From the NCBI GenBank assembly GCA_024137785.1, contig JAHRHZ010000019.1:49875755-49939754 (forward strand): DNA of 64,000 nt, read 5' to 3'. This DNA comes from Ginglymostoma cirratum (lineage: Eukaryota). The notes beneath the pieces are model-generated. The model made no database searches and had not been told where the DNA came from. It worked only from the letters and a program-made list of their open reading frames with translations. Numbering within the stretch: the first letter of the stretch is position 1; every line of letters begins with the position of its first letter. Made by a program: the position numbers and the translations under genes. This document shows positions 61,966 to 64,000 of the stretch, in pieces.

Positions 61966-62339
61966 TTCCATATCCTCCCTGACACCTCTGTGCTCCAACA
62001 CCCACTGCCATCAATATCCATCCCATCCCTCCTCTACGTGCCCATACCATTTTCATGCCCCAATACTCCCATGTCACCTACGTACCCTCATATCCCCTGC
62101 CACCACTATGAATTCCATACTCACCATCCTTCCCCTATGACTCCCAAGCCAAATTAAAAGCCATTCTCTCAGTGAAAAGTATGAACAGAGAACAGTGGCA
62201 TCGTGTTGATGAATGTGAAGATGAGAGGATTTCATACTAACAAAATATAACATCCTAACTTCGGCTGTACTTTGATATGTGTTGGACAGAATACTCAGAC
62301 CCCAATACCATGTCTTGGCATCTCAAATTGATACCAACC

Positions 62340-62566
62340 ATCACTAGATTGAGCAGCCGTGGTTCTCCTTGGGATGTCCTTGTAATATATACTGCTTAAC
62401 TAACAGTACTAAAACTGATGATTTGCAATATCACATTGATGCTTATGGGGAATTGTTATGTGTAAGTTGGCTGCTTATCACTGTATTACAGTAGTGTCTA
62501 TACTTCAAAAGTACATTCTTGACTTTAAGGGATTGTGAAAGATGCTATATTAAATGTAAATCTCTC
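62340..62566 (+). mobile_element. Deu-domain SINE remnant
   Basis: atatcacattgatgcttatggggaattg..ttggctgc..tacttcaaaagtac..gtgaaagatgctatattaaatgtaa. Confidence 0.6.
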
Positions 62567-64000
62567 TTGTTGTCTGCTTCTAAGAGAAACAGTGCAGTTT
62601 TATCCAAGCTGCCTGACAACTTGGATTAGACACTGGAGGGCTGATGGCAGCACATATTCCAGCATAAAGCTATGGCCTGCAGAAAAATGAAGAGTATTGA
62701 AGAGAGTTTAAAGAAAAAAGGATACCAGAAATAAATTGGGCATTCAGAAAAATTTTGTTTGGAATTTTGATGTGCATAGAACCTTAAAACAAAGACTGAA
62801 GCTGGTAAATTGGTCCTATTAAGTGCAATTGAATGGACTGAATCAGATTTATTTCAGGATCCAGCAATTCTCATACATCATTTCTTTCACAAAAAAATTA
62901 TATGATCATGACCTCAACTGCAAAAGGCCATAATAACTTGCTCACAAGTGCTTTGAGACAATTTTTTTTCTTCCTCTGCTGAAATATTATAGTAGTTCAG
63001 CGCAAATTGATTTAAGGATGAAACAATAAAGCCACATCAGAAAAGCACTTATCCCATTTCCTGTAAGCTTTACAATGAGCTGGTTATGGCTACCTAGCTA
63101 CTGCCCTCGACGCTCAAATTGTTTAAATTAGTAACAGTTCTTGTTTTAAGTCCACAGAAATAAAGCAGTTTATTGTTTGGTATAAACTAAATGAAAAAGA
63201 AAAGATTTTTGAGAAAACAAATATCAAAATGTAATAGCAGTCACAGCAATTTATGTAGTAAACTAAAGCTGTATGTTTAATGTTCATTATATTTTTAAAT
63301 GTGATAAAATTACAAAATCTGTTATTCCTAATTTGCTTAAATACCCAATGGAATATTCAAAAAATACATTAAACTCAGGACAATGCTATGACACTTGTTA
63401 CCCAGAGAGATGTTGTGCCTTGTTGTACCTCCCACAATCACTGAAATTCCAGTGCTCTGGAATACTATGTGCTGCATGCACCTGCCAAATCCGGAGCTTG
63501 TACACTAGTTTCACACTGGGTTCAACGAGGCCTCTGGTAAAAGTATATGCTAGCTATGACCTATAATGTGTTAAGTGAGCTGAAACACAGTTCCAGACCT
63601 TTAGTTCCCATGAGAAGCTTCTACTCCCAATCAGATCTTTATGTTAAAATGTCTTTAGTTACTTTCCTCTTTTCTGATAGCTGCTTGTAATTATTTAAAT
63701 GCTACTTTGCTGTTGTCAGAGAAAAGAAATTGCCAAAAGTAATTGAAGCTTTACTGAGCACGTTATTTATGCCAGTTTCTTAGGGACTGGTCATTTTCTT
63801 CGGGTTTGGTGTCCACCTCATGTTTTCATGTTTTGCAGGAGAAATTGAAGGCTCAGAGGAGACATGATACCCTGGTGTGTTTTCACATCAGGAGATGAGT
63901 TCAGAGCTGTTTTACAAGGTCAATCAAGCACCAGACCAAGCCTTTCACTTAAGGACATGAGGGTGGATCCTGTAGATGGGAACTACAACTTCCTGATGTG

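Noticed and set aside
62560-62700. Minus-strand exon after ctcttcatttttctgcag
   Set aside because: Stops in all frames and no convincing donor before it runs into a SINE remnant
63830-64000. Plus-strand exon after ttttgcag, and an ACTACAA (ZNF143-like) motif
   Set aside because: All three frames close within 20 codons, no donor is visible, and the motif is an imperfect single match

Overview
Repeat-dense, AT-rich vertebrate genomic DNA with no intact protein-coding gene that I can support. The repeat complement (HE1-type V-SINEs, HER1/CR1 LINEs, shark-type Penelope ends) points to a cartilaginous fish, most likely a shark; this is an inference. Nearly all ORFs in the track are fragments of decayed CR1 and L2-group LINEs, Harbinger/PIF transposase and Myb/SANT genes, or Ty3/Gypsy gag-pol, or are artefacts of a 400-N gap. 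The most notable structure is about a dozen short (about 100-1000 bp), non-coding, fold-back insertions derived from Penelope-like element (PLE) termini, in three sequence families. Several are flanked by 10-17 bp target-site duplications (TSDs) and carry minimal hammerhead-ribozyme cores (CUGAnGA-stem II-GAAA plus a palindromic ACGU/AGCU stem III), and in the short copies the arms are joined a few bases upstream of the ribozyme core. Other features: a Gypsy element whose gag-PR-RT-RNase H block is inverted between same-direction LTRs, a non-coding retroposon family with fixed ends but unrelated GC-rich bodies, and a 107-bp A/T-only double palindrome. All family assignments are by eye, without database searches.
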